The position numbers and the translations under genes are program-made. 64,000 nucleotides of DNA. Origin: an uncultured Planctomycetota bacterium (GTDB taxonomy: Bacteria > Planctomycetota > Planctomycetia > Isosphaerales > Isosphaeraceae). The stretch is from positions 384,001-448,000 of the forward strand of contig CAWGMQ010000008.1 of NCBI GenBank assembly GCA_963823665.1, read 5' to 3'. The notes below the pieces were generated by a model. The model saw only the letters and a list, made by a program, of their open reading frames with translations, was not told the DNA's origin and did not search any database. Every line of letters starts with the position of its first letter. The first letter of the stretch is position 1. Below are positions 1-10,191 of this stretch, in pieces.

Positions 1-516
1 GCAGCACCCAAACACGCGCGAGAGCGGCTGGCGAAGGTCCCGTATTTCCTCATGTACGGCCCGAAAGCGAGAAATGGCGGGAAGCCGAGCGGGCTTGACT
101 ACATTCAGAAGAATGGGCCTGAGCATCATCCCGAGCTCGACCCGCGGTGGGGTGACGCCATTGTGATCTACTGTGCCAAGAATTATCTGGACATCACGGA
201 TCTCTGGGCGCTCAAAGCACTCTTCCATGAACTTGGCCACGCCTATCAACTCGAGCAGTGGCCCGAGAAACAGCCGGACATTCTCGCGGCCTGGGAGCAC
301 GCCCGGGACAACAATCTGTACTTGAACGTGCGTGACGTCGAAACCGGCAAGAGACTGCCCGAGGCGTATGCACTCACGAATCAGCTTGAATTCTTCGCCG
401 AACTCTCGTGTATGTATTTTGTTCGATGCAACTACGAGCCGTCGAATCAAAAACAGCTCAAGGCTTACGATCCGGTGGGGTACGCGATGATCCGGAAGAT
501 GTGGAAGGTCGAGTGA
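1..516 (+). CDS. Zn-dependent metallopeptidase (MtfA/anthrax-LF-like zincin), 5' part outside window
   Basis: Frame open from base 1; HELGH (HExxH) motif and downstream EFFAE third-ligand motif, C-terminal LKAYDP. Confidence 0.7.
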   Translation, partial: AAPKHARERLAKVPYFLMYGPKARNGGKPSGLDYIQKNGPEHHPELDPRWGDAIVIYCAKNYLDITDLWALKALFHELGHAYQLEQWPEKQPDILAAWEHARDNNLYLNVRDVETGKRLPEAYALTNQLEFFAELSCMYFVRCNYEPSNQKQLKAYDPVGYAMIRKMWKVE

Positions 517-2767
517 CGGGCGATTTTGGCCCGTCGGTCAGGAATTCGGTGGGGTTCAACATCACTTCGTCGCCGCTCTCGATTCCTTGCTTGATCTCGA
601 CGAGCTTGTCGCTGGAGAGACCAAGGCTCACCTCGCGCAGCTCGATAGCACCGCCGGGCTTCTGCACCGCCACGTGGGCTTTTTGGGTGTTGGGATCGTA
701 ACGAAGGATCGCCTCGACGGGAACGGCTAACGCGTTTTCGCGATGAGCGAGCAGGAACTCGACGTGGGTTGCCATGCCGGGGCGAAGCTCCGGGATGGCG
801 TTGTCGACCGTGACTTTGGTCGTGTAGAACTTGGCGCCGCCCTGGGTCAACGCCGGCGCGTCTGGCAGGGGCGCGATTTCGACGACCGTGCCATCGAACG
901 ACTGGCTGTGAAAGCTGTCGACGCGAATCGTGGCGTGCATCCCTCGTCGAAGCTTATCGACGTGCGATTCGCGCACTTTCGCGATCACCAGCTTCGGTCC
1001 CTTTGGGTCGATCACGCTGAGGATCTTCTGCCGTTCGCGGACCTGCGCACCTTCCTCGATTTGAGGGATCGGGGGTTGGTTTGCGCGGCTGCGTGGTGGG
1101 TTTGCGTAAACGATCGTGCCGTCTCCGGGCGCGATGATCTTGCATGCGGCGATTTGCCTCTCCAGCTTCCTCTGCTTACTCTGCTCGAGCTGCCACCTGG
1201 CCTGTTTGGCGAGCTCGTCCAGCCGCTTTTGTTCGACGTCAACTGTCAGCGCCTTGATCGTCTTTTCTTTGGTGTACTTCTCAAGAAGCTCCCGCCTCGA
1301 CTTCGCCAGCTCAAGTGCGGCCTTCTCACGTTCGATGGTTTGTTCGCTTACGTCGACGCGGTCTTCAATTTCGAGCTCCGTCAGTACGTCCGAGGGCGCC
1401 GCGGCACCGTTCCTGGCTGCCGCCAGCTCGGCGAGTCGCTGGCGAGCGCGCCGGGCTCGATCGAGCCGGTGTTCGGCTTTCTGGATGGCTGATTCGGCGA
1501 GAGTCACGTCTCTCTGCACTGCGCTCAACTCGTGCTTGTAAGTGCCCTCGATAAACTCCCGCACAGCGAGCTCAGTGACCTCCCGGGCAGCGGTGGCGGT
1601 TTGATATTCGGCATTTGCGCTCGCGACCGTGATCTGGGCGTTCGTCAGTCGATCGCGAAGCGAAGCCGAGTCGAGCTCACAGATCGTCTCTCCCTTCTTG
1701 ACGAACTTGCCGTCAGGAACGATCTGGATGATCGTCGTTCCTCCCTCAACGCTGCTGTAAACGTCCTGATGCCGCGCCGAGTCAAGCTGGCCCCGCTCGA
1801 CGATGGTGAGGTCGAGCTTGCCTGGCGTGACGCGAAGCGTGAGGGGGCCGTCGCCGCGGGTTGTGTGGGCGCCGTCTGCGGTGTTCGTTCGCGCCGCGGG
1901 GGCCTGCCTTTGTGCGTAGATGCCGGCGCCCGAGACGGTCGCTCCTAACACGAATAGAACGGAGCCGGTCTTCAACCATCGGGCGAGTGACATGGCTTTC
2001 GTAACCTCCTGCGCGAGCGAGAGAGTCGACGCTTTGACGGCGGTCTGGCAGGTGACAAATTGAACGATTGAGCGGGTGGTGGATTCGACCAGGGCAGGCG
2101 GGACAACCGGATTGGCAGCGGTGAAAACGGAGCCGCTGCCGAGCAACGCAACGTTCGGTGTGACACCTTGCCGTCGAAGCCGATCGCGGAGTTTTTCGCG
2201 GCCCCGCGCCTGTCGGCTTTTCACGGTGCCGACCGGCCAGCCCAGATGCCTTGCCGCCTGCTGGTGGCTGCATCCCTCGAGATCGCAGAGAATAACGGGC
2301 GTCCGATAACGCTCGGGGAGCCTTTCGATCTCTTGGTGGAGCAAATTGTCGAGATCGGCGGTTTTCACGGTGTGTGCCTCCGGCCGGGTTGCGGCCACGC
2401 GCTCTTCATGCTTCCGCCGCCGGGCAGCGGCGAGTCGGGCGCACGACGCGGTGCGAAAGGCAACCTGATGGAGCCACGGGCCGAGCGAGTCGCGAACCCA
2501 CAATCCGCGCGCCTTCTGGACCAAGACCAGGAATGTGGCCTGGAACGCGTCGTCGACTTCGAGGCCACCGGAGAGCGTGCTTCGGCAGACGCGGAGAACC
2601 ATCGGCCCATGGCGCTCAACAAGCACGGCGAAGGCCAGCTCGGCTGCCTCGCTGCGGTCAGTGGCAAACCGCTCGAGGAGTTGACCGTCGGTCAGGTCGC
2701 GGACCACTCCGATGTTGAAGAGCGTTTTGAGCTCGTGGACCAGGGCCGCGCTTTGGTCGCATTCCAT
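458..2767 (-). CDS. ECF sigma-70 factor fused via TM helix to RND/HlyD-type membrane fusion (periplasmic adaptor) domain, copy 1 (intact)
   Basis: sigma2 (TDGQLLERF..RHGPMV..DDAFQATFLVL), sigma4 (LPERYR..GWPVGTVKSR), TM (VLFVLGATVSGAGIYA), then lipoyl halves, coiled coil, APGDGTIVY, LRPGM; start MECDQ at 2767 with GGAGA RBS. Confidence 0.9.
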   Translation of the reverse strand: MECDQSAALVHELKTLFNIGVVRDLTDGQLLERFATDRSEAAELAFAVLVERHGPMVLRVCRSTLSGGLEVDDAFQATFLVLVQKARGLWVRDSLGPWLHQVAFRTASCARLAAARRRKHEERVAATRPEAHTVKTADLDNLLHQEIERLPERYRTPVILCDLEGCSHQQAARHLGWPVGTVKSRQARGREKLRDRLRRQGVTPNVALLGSGSVFTAANPVVPPALVESTTRSIVQFVTCQTAVKASTLSLAQEVTKAMSLARWLKTGSVLFVLGATVSGAGIYAQRQAPAARTNTADGAHTTRGDGPLTLRVTPGKLDLTIVERGQLDSARHQDVYSSVEGGTTIIQIVPDGKFVKKGETICELDSASLRDRLTNAQITVASANAEYQTATAAREVTELAVREFIEGTYKHELSAVQRDVTLAESAIQKAEHRLDRARRARQRLAELAAARNGAAAPSDVLTELEIEDRVDVSEQTIEREKAALELAKSRRELLEKYTKEKTIKALTVDVEQKRLDELAKQARWQLEQSKQRKLERQIAACKIIAPGDGTIVYANPPRSRANQPPIPQIEEGAQVRERQKILSVIDPKGPKLVIAKVRESHVDKLRRGMHATIRVDSFHSQSFDGTVVEIAPLPDAPALTQGGAKFYTTKVTVDNAIPELRPGMATHVEFLLAHRENALAVPVEAILRYDPNTQKAHVAVQKPGGAIELREVSLGLSSDKLVEIKQGIESGDEVMLNPTEFLTDGPKSPVTRPSTSSGSSRTPPDRKP

Positions 2768-2856
2768 TGGTGGGGATTCTCCGTCGCGGGGATGGTCGAG
2801 GCGGACCCTACGAGAGCGTGTGTCGGCGGCGGACGCGGTTGGCCCCGCCACAGGTA

Positions 2857-2882
2857 ATGTACCGCGGGGCGCTCAGAGTTCC
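2857..2882 (-). promoter_or_regulatory. Putative ECF-type promoter GGAAC-N15-GTACAT of copy 1
   Basis: Both boxes invariant in all three copies while the spacer diverges. Confidence 0.65.
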
Positions 2883-2902
2883 GAGATTCTGGGGATTCGC
2901 AG

Positions 2903-2977
2903 TCGAATCAAAGCGGACTCACGGCTTACGATCCGGTGGGGTAGGCGATGATCCGGAAGATGTGGAGGGTTGAGTGA
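2903..2977 (+). pseudogene. Fossil 3' tail of the Zn-peptidase (copy of 442-516)
   Basis: Reads SNQSGLTAYDPVG*AMIRKMWRVE* versus SNQKQLKAYDPVGYAMIRKMWKVE*. Confidence 0.85.
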
Positions 2978-5214
2978 GGGGTGATGTTGTCTTTCCGCTC
3001 AACGTGGCAGTGGGATTCAGGATCACGTCGTCGCCGCTTTTCAATCCTTGCGTGATCTCGACAACCTTCTCGCTGGAAAGGCCCACGCTCACGGCGCGGA
3101 GCTCGCTCTTGCCGCCGGCCTTTCGCACGGCTACGTGGGGCTTTCCTTCGTGATGGAGTATTGCCTGAACGGGCACAGCCATCGCGTTCTCTCGATTGGC
3201 GAGTAAGAACTCGACCTCGGTCGACATGCCGGGGCGCAGGCCGGGGATGGCGCCGTTGATGAGCACCTTGGTGGTGTAAACACTCGCGCCCGAGTCTGAG
3301 GGAAGCGAGTCCGGCAGGGGCGCAATGTCGGTGACGACGCCGTTGAATAACTGTTCGGGGAAGGCGTGAACGCGAACCTTGGCTTTCATGCCGCGCCGAA
3401 TGCCGGCGACCTGCGACTCGCTCACCTTGGTGGCAACCTGCATTCTCGATAGGTCTGGAATCGATAGGATTTTCTGCCTCTCCCGAACCTGCGCGCCTTC
3501 CTCGATATATGGGAATGGCGGGCGGTTTGTCCCGACCCGTGGCGGTTTGGCATAGACCAGCAGTCCGTCCGTGGGCGCTACGAGCGTGCACGCCGCAATT
3601 TGTCGCTCGAGGCTCTTCGCTTTGCTCTGCTCAAGCTGCCATCGCTCTTGTTTCGCGCGCTCTTCGGGACGAGCTCGCTCGACCTCAAGTGCGAGCGCTT
3701 TGAGCGTTCTGTCTCGCGTAAATTTCTCGAGGATCTCCTGTCTGGACTTTGCGCGGTCGAGCGCGGCCTTTTCGCGCAACAGGGATTGTTCGCTTTCATC
3801 GAGCCGGTCTTCGATGTCAAGCTCGGCTACGATATCCGAAGCCGCGACGACTCCGTTCTTGCCAGCCAGTAAGTCGGCGAGCCGCTGACGAGCTTTGCGG
3901 GCTCGATCGCGCCGGCGCTCGGATTGCTGGATGGCCGATTCGGCCAGGGCCACGTCCGCCTTGGCGGAATTCAGCTCTTGCGTGAATGTGCCATCGACGA
4001 ATTCCGCGACCGCACTTTCGGCGAGCTCACGGGCGACCCTGGCATTTTGAAAATCGACCTCGGCGTTCTTGATCGCGATCTGGGCGTTGACCAGTTGATC
4101 CCTTAGCGACGCTGAATCGAGCTCACAGACGACCTCGCCTTTTGTGACCCGAGTTCCTTCGGGCTTGATCATGATGATGGACGTTGTACCCTTGACGTTA
4201 CTGAACATGTCTTGATTCCTCGCCGATTCGAGCGAACCTCGCTCAACATAGGTGAGCTCGAAGGCACCCGGCTTGACCTGGAATGTGATCGGCTCGTCGC
4301 TAAGGGCGGTTTCGGTATCAGTTCGGGCCGGAGGCGGAGGCGCAGGCGCTCGACCGTGGGTAACCAGCCCGGCGCCCGAGACAGTCGCGCTGATCACGAA
4401 AAGTACGGAAGCGGCCTTCGACCATCGCGATAGCGACATGGCTTTGACAACCTCTTGCGCGAGTGAGAGAGTCGATGCTTTGACCGCGGTCTGGCATGTG
4501 ACAAATTGAACGACGCAGCGAATGGTTGATTCGACGAGCACCGCCGAGACCACGGGTTGGGGACCCATCGAGAGAGAGCCGCTGCCGAGCAAAGCAACGT
4601 TCGGCACGACGCCCTGGCGGCGGAGCCGGTCGCGGAGTTTTTCCCGTCCCCGTGCCTGCCGACTTTTGACCGTGCCGACTGGCCAGCCCAGATGCCGCGC
4701 CGCCTGCTGGTGGGTGCATCCTTCGAGATCGCAGAGCACAACGGGCGAGCGATAACGCTCGGGCAACCTTTCGATCTCGGCGTGGAGTAAACCGTCAAGA
4801 TCATCATTTTTCACAGTCTGTGCCTCCGGCCGAGTGGCCGCCAAGCGCTCTTCGTGCTTCCGCCGGCGGGCGGCGGCCAGGCGGGCGCGCGACGCGGTGC
4901 GAAAGGCAACCTGATGGAGCCATGGGCCGAGGGAGTCGCGAACCCACAGGCCGCGCGCCTTCTGGACCAGGACGAGGAACGTGGCCTGGAACGCGTCGTC
5001 GACTTCGAGCCCGCCGGAGAGTACGCTTCGGCAGACGCGGAGGACCATTGGTCCGTGGCGCTCGACGAGGATCGCAAACGCGAGCTCGGCGGCCTCGCCG
5101 CGGTCGGTGGCGAAGCGCTCCAGGAGCTGACCGTCGGTCAGGTCGCGGACGACGCCGATGTTGAAGAGTGTTTTGAGGCTCATGAGCCAGGGCCGTGCTT
5201 TGGTCGCATTCCAT
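2919..5214 (-). CDS. ECF sigma factor-RND membrane fusion protein, copy 2 (+1 frameshift near 5178)
   Basis: Paralog of 458-2767 over full length; MECDQ start at 5214 is in another frame because of one extra G (ttttgaGgctc vs ttttgagctc). Confidence 0.88.
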
Positions 5215-5240
5215 TGGTGGGGATTCTCCGCGGCGGGGAT

Positions 5241-5262
5241 GGTCCGCAATGGCGGACCCTAC
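5241..5262 (-). repeat. GTAG-type REP hairpin GTAGGGTCCGCCATTGCGGACC in 5'UTR of copy 2
   Basis: GTAG plus GGTCCGC/GCGGACC stem; same family at about 51615-51636; shortened versions in the UTRs of copies 1 and 3. Confidence 0.7.
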
Positions 5263-5307
5263 GGTAGCGTGTGTCCGCGGGTGAGTCGGTTGGCCCCGCT
5301 ACAGGTA

Positions 5308-5333
5308 ATGTACCGCGAAGCGGTGGGAGTTCC
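5308..5333 (-). promoter_or_regulatory. Putative ECF-type promoter GGAAC-N15-GTACAT of copy 2
   Basis: ggaac tcccaccgcttcgcg gtacat on minus strand. Confidence 0.65.
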
Positions 5334-5353
5334 GAGATTCTGGAGATTCGCCG

Positions 5354-5425
5354 TCGAATCGAAACGGGCTCAGGCTTACGATCCGGTGAATCGCGATGAT
5401 TCGGACGATGTGGAAGGTGGAGTGA
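5354..5425 (+). pseudogene. Second, more decayed fossil tail of the Zn-peptidase
   Basis: gccgtcgaatc..gcttacgatccggtg..gatgtggaaggtggagtga aligns to 438-516 with small deletions. Confidence 0.8.
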
Positions 5426-7746
5426 CGGGCGATTTGGGCCGGTCACTCAGGAATGCGGAGGGATTCAAGATCACGTCGTCGCCGCTCACGATGCCTTGCG
5501 TGATCTCGATGAGCTTGTCGCTCGAGTGGCCGACGCTCACCTCGCGAAGCTCGACGATCGCCTCCGGGCTTTCTTACGGCTACGTGGGGCTTGCCCTCGT
5601 AACGAAGAATCGCCTGGACGGGCACCGCGAACGCGTTGTCGCGATTGGCGAGGAGGAACTCGACTTCTGCCACGATGCCCGGACGCAGGCCGGGGACTTC
5701 GTTGTCCAACAGGAGGTGGGTCGTGTAGACCTTCGAGCCTCCCTGGGTGATGGCCGCCGCGTCTGGCAAGGCAGAAACTGCATCGACCGTGCCGTTGAAC
5801 GACTGGCCCGGGAAGCCGTCGATGCGAATCCGGGCTTTCATGCCGCGCTTGATGTGATTGACCCTCGCTTCACGCACTTTGGCCGTCACCCGTTTCTGGG
5901 CGTTCGGGTCGATCACACTGAATATCTTCTGGCGTTCGCGGAGCTGCGCGCCTTCCTCGATTTGATCCGCGGGGCCCTGATTTCCGCTTGGGACGGCGAG
6001 GCCGGCTCGTTCCAACCGGTGACGTTCCTCGATTTGAGCCGCGGACCCCTGATTTCCACGGCCGCGCGGAGGAGGGGCGTAGACCACGGTGCCGTCTGCC
6101 GGCGCTTTGATACTACACGCCGCGACCTGCCGCTCGAGCTTATCCGCGTTGCTCCGCTCGATCTGCCAGGTAACGCGTTTGGCAATCTCTTCGGTGCGCT
6201 TCCGATCAACCTCGAGTGCCAGTGCCTTGAGCGTCTTGTCGCGGGTGTATTTACTCGAGGATCTCCTGTTTGGTTTTCGCCTGCTCAAGGGCTGCCTTTT
6301 CGCGAGCGATGGTTTGCTCGCTCGCGTCGATCCGGTCTTCAATGTCGAGCTTGGCCAGGATGTCCGCGGGCGCGGCTACACCCTTTCTTGAAGCCATCAA
6401 ATCGCCGAGCTGGTCGCGTGCCTGCCGCGCACGATCTCGCCGCCGCTCGGCATGCTGGAACGCTGACTCCGCCAATGCAACATCGGCTCTGGCGGAATTC
6501 AACTCGTACTTGAAAGTTCCATCAACAAACTCGGCGACGGCGCTTTCGGCGAGTTCCCGCGCGATCCTGGCGTTTTTATGCATCGACGCTCCGCGGTCTG
6601 CACAATGATCTGGGCGTTCGTCAGTCGATCGCGAAGCTCCGCCGAGTCAAGTTCACAGACCAGCTCACCCTTCTTCACGAACGCACCCTCCGGCTTGATC
6701 ATGATGATCGACGTCCCTCCTTCGATGTTGCAGAAAGCGTCGTTCGTGCGGGCCATTTCGAGCCGGGCCGGCGAGACGATCGTGAGGTCGAGCCGGCCGG
6801 GCTTGACCCGGAGCGTGAGCGGCTCGTCGGCACGGGTTGTGGCTGCTACGCTGGTTCCGGCATTGAGCCGCGCCGCGGGCGTCTGCCTCTGCGCGTAAAT
6901 GCCGGCGCCCGAGACGGTCGCTCCTAACACGAACAGGATGGAACCCGTCTTTAACCATCGTGTCATCGACATAGCCTTGAGAACCCCCTGCGCGAGTGAG
7001 AGAGTCGACGCGTTGACGGCGGTCTGGCATGTGACAAATTGAACGACCGAGCGAATGGTTGATTCGACGAGCGCCGGCGAGACAACGGGATTGGGGCCCA
7101 TCGAGAGAGAACCGCTGCCGAGCAAGGCAACGTTTGGTACGACGCCCTGACGGCGAAGACGGTCGCGGAGCTTTTCCCGCCCCCGTGCCTGGCGGCTCTT
7201 GACGGTGCCGACCGGCCAGCCAAGATGCCTTGCTGCCTGCTGGTGGCTGCATCCTTCGAGATCGCAGAGGACCACGGGTGCGCGGAAACGCTCGGGGAGC
7301 TTTTCGATCTCGGCGTGAAGGAAACAATCGGGAGCCTCATTTTTCACGGTGTGTGCCTCGGCCCGGTTGGCAGCCGCGCGCTCTTCATGCTTTCGCCGGC
7401 GGGCGGCGGCCAGGCGGGCGCGCGACGCGGCGCGAAAGGCAACCTGATGGAGCCACGGGCCTAGCGAATCCCGAACCCACAGGCCGCGTGCCTTCTGGAC
7501 GAGGACCAGGAACGTGGCCTGGAACGCATCGTCGGAATCGAATTCGCCACCCAGTACGGTTCGGCAGACTCGGAGAACCATCGGGCCGTGGCGCTCGACC
7601 AGCACGGCAAACGCCAGCTCGGCGGCCTCGCCGCGGTCAGTGGCGAAGCGCTCCAGGAGCTGGCCGTCGGTCAGTTCGCGGATCACCCCGATGTTGAAGA
7701 GCGTTTTGAGCTCGTGCACCAGGGCCGCGCTTTGGTCGCATTCCAT
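5370..7746 (-). CDS. ECF sigma factor-RND membrane fusion protein, copy 3 (several frameshifts; pseudogene or sequencing errors)
   Basis: ORFs 6499-7746, 6251-6583 and 5443-6342 together align to copies 1 and 2; MECDQ start at 7746. Confidence 0.85.
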
Positions 7747-7831
7747 GTGTGGGGATTCTCCGCGCGGGGGATGGTCGAGGCGGACCCTACGAGGGAGGCG
7801 GCGGGTGAGTCAATCGGGCCCGATACATGTA

Positions 7832-7857
7832 ATGTACCGCGGGGTGCTCGGAGTTCC
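7832..7857 (-). promoter_or_regulatory. Putative ECF-type promoter GGAAC-N15-GTACAT of copy 3
   Basis: ggaac tccgagcaccccgcg gtacat on minus strand. Confidence 0.65.
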
Positions 7858-7954
7858 GAGATTCTCGAGAATCGGGGCGCGCGGCGGCGCAAGGCCTTCG
7901 ACCACGCTCGTGAGACCGTGGTCACGGCGTGGAGGGTCGAGACAAGGATTTTTA

Positions 7955-9765
7955 TCAGTCTTCTCGGTAGGGCTGCTTTTCGCGGTAGAGTTTGAGCCGC
8001 TCGTCGCCCTTCTTTTTGTCTTCGGCGTCGGAATAGAGTGCATTCGCCTTGAATTGCCACTTCACGGCCGCGTCGAATTCGCCTGCCTCAGCTTGGGCCG
8101 CGGCGAGTGTGCCGATGGAACAAGCTTCCGTGTATTGGGTCAGCTCGCATGCCTTGGTCGCTGACTCAAGCGCCTTTTTGGGATCGCGATACTTCGCATC
8201 CGGGCAGGTCGCCCAGAGCCATGCGTGGCCGCAGTAGGCAGAGGAGTTATCTGGATCAAGCCGGATGGCTACCTCGTAATCGACGATTGCTTTGTCGTAT
8301 TGCTTCTGGTAGCACCAAGCATCCGCACGATACACGTAAGCCAAGGAGTATTTAGGGTCGACGCGGATGGCTTCGCTGAAACCGGCGATTGCTTTGTCGT
8401 AGTCCTTCTTGTCGTACCAGACGTCGGCGCGGTACAGGTAAGCCCTTGCGTATTTGGGATCGAGGCGAATGGCTTCGTCAAAATCGGCGGTGGCCTGCGT
8501 GTAATCCCTCTTCACGTACCAGACTTCGCCACGGTGGCAGTAAGCGAGCGCATCGTTGGGATCAAGGCGGATGGCTTCGCTAAAATCGGGAATTGCCCGG
8601 GAGTAATCCTTCTTCGCGCACAAGCCTCGCCACGATTGAAATAAGCCCCGGCGAGGGCGGGATCGAGACGGATCGCGTTGTCGCAGTCGGCAATCGCCTT
8701 GAGGTAGTCTTTCTTGCGAAGCCAGCAGGCGCCGCGGTTGATGAAGGCGAGCGCCAACTGCGAATCGAGGCGGATCGCCTGGCTCAGGTCGGCAAGTGCG
8801 CGATCGAGGTCCCCTTTGTGCAAAAGTGCGGCGCCGCGGTTGTTGTAGTACATAGCGTGGTGCGGATCGAGCGGGATTGCCTCGTTGAAATCGGCAATCG
8901 CACGGTCGTAGTCTTTCTTCAAGAAGAAAGCGCCACCACGACCGCCGTACGCTTTTGCAAGCTTCGAATCGAGCTGAATCGCATTGGTAAAATCAGCGAT
9001 CGCGCGATCGTAATCCTTCATGCGATCGAATGTAATGCCACGGTTGAGGTAGGCTTTGGCGTACGTGGGCTTGAGCCTGATTGCCTCATTGTAATCGGCA
9101 ATCGCGCTCCGGTAGTCGTTCTTGCCCCACCATGCGAGGCCCCGGTCATAGTAGGCGACGGCGTCATTCGGCTCGAGCCGGAGGGCTTGGTTGAAATCGG
9201 CAATCGCCTTGTCGTATTCCTTTGCGTCGGACCAGAACAGGCCTCGATTGCAATAGAGGTAAGCTTTTGCCGGAGCGAGACGAATCGCTTGATCGTAGTC
9301 GCTCAGGGCGCGGTCGGTCTCGTGCATCATGTCGTGCCGGATGATCGCCCGCCCCGAATACGCAAAGCTATCGCCCGGATTGGACCGGATGCATTCGGTG
9401 AAGAACGCGTCGGCTTGGTCCATCGAGACAACGGAATCCGCGAGCGCCCATCCGCTTGGACCGCCTTCTTCGGGTTCCAGCCAGAGCCAATTGCCGTTGA
9501 CGTGCTGGACTCGATAGGCGGTTGAGACCATCGGGTGGAAGACCTGGTGCTCGATCTTCAAATGGAAGCCGCGGCGACTCGCCACGACTCGCTTGCCGAG
9601 CCAGCCGCCCGAAGGCTGAGCGGCGTGGGTTGGCGGTGGGCCGATGGTATTCAGAAGGAGGAGCGAGGGTAATAGAAATAGCGCCGGAAAGATGCGGAGC
9701 GCTCCGGCCCGAGTCCGTGCCGCGAGTTTGGATGATCTGCACGCCTGCGCGATACCGTATGGCAT
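7955..9765 (-). CDS. Exported TPR protein A (signal peptide, SH3-like N-domain, 11 TPRs, ATCPD cap); frameshift near 8620
   Basis: 34-aa repeats AY.NRG..W..K.DYD.AIAD...AIRLDP across ORFs 8512-9870 and 7955-8623; GGAGG RBS before 9765. Confidence 0.85.
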
Positions 9766-9895
9766 GGCTTGCCGCTCCCTCCGTGAGCTGTGGCGGCGCT
9801 CCCGCGGTTCGCGTTTTGTCGATGGGAACCGCGACAATTGGATCACTGGCGCGCGGCGTTGGTTGCGCACGGAACCATCGAGCGCATACCAATCC

Positions 9896-9923
9896 TATCG
9901 GCGGCGAGCGCGGGGATTCTTGA
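9896..9923 (-). promoter_or_regulatory. sigma28-like promoter candidate TCAAG-N16-GCCGATA upstream of TPR A
   Basis: GCCGATA -10 box; same motif and spacing upstream of paralog TPR B. Confidence 0.45.
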
Positions 9924-9974
9924 AAACTCACGACCAGGGCGCGACATGCTTCGGTTATCGAAAGGGCCGGGATC

Positions 9975-10020
9975 GGCTGAAGCCTGACGTACTCAATCGT
10001 CAGGCTGAAGCCTGACCTAC
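9975..10020 (-). repeat. Two GTAG-type REP elements (GTAGGTCAGGCTTCAGCCTGAC family)
   Basis: gtcaggctgaagcctgacctac at 9999-10020 and a partial copy at 9975-9992; GTCAGGC/GCCTGAC stem. Confidence 0.8.
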
Positions 10021-10028
10021 TAGTCCGT

Positions 10029-10190
10029 CTATCGCTGGGTGGCTGGCTTTCCCTCGTCGTGGGGTTGTTGGTACTCGTCCAGGACCTCCTCCATACGGGC
10101 GACGAACCGGGGCCTGTCTTTCTCCGAGATGCAGAACCGCTCGATGCGCCAAGGCTGGAGCGCGTTTGCCTGACAAAGAGTCGTGGATGG
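10029..10190 (-). mobile_element. IS630-family transposase remnant
   Basis: LQPWRIERFCISEKDRPRFVARMEEVLDEYQQPHD resembles the IS630 segment LKPW..WCI..FVA.MEDVL.VY..PYD that precedes the first catalytic Asp; no full ORF or ends seen. Confidence 0.6.
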
Positions 10191-10191
10191 A

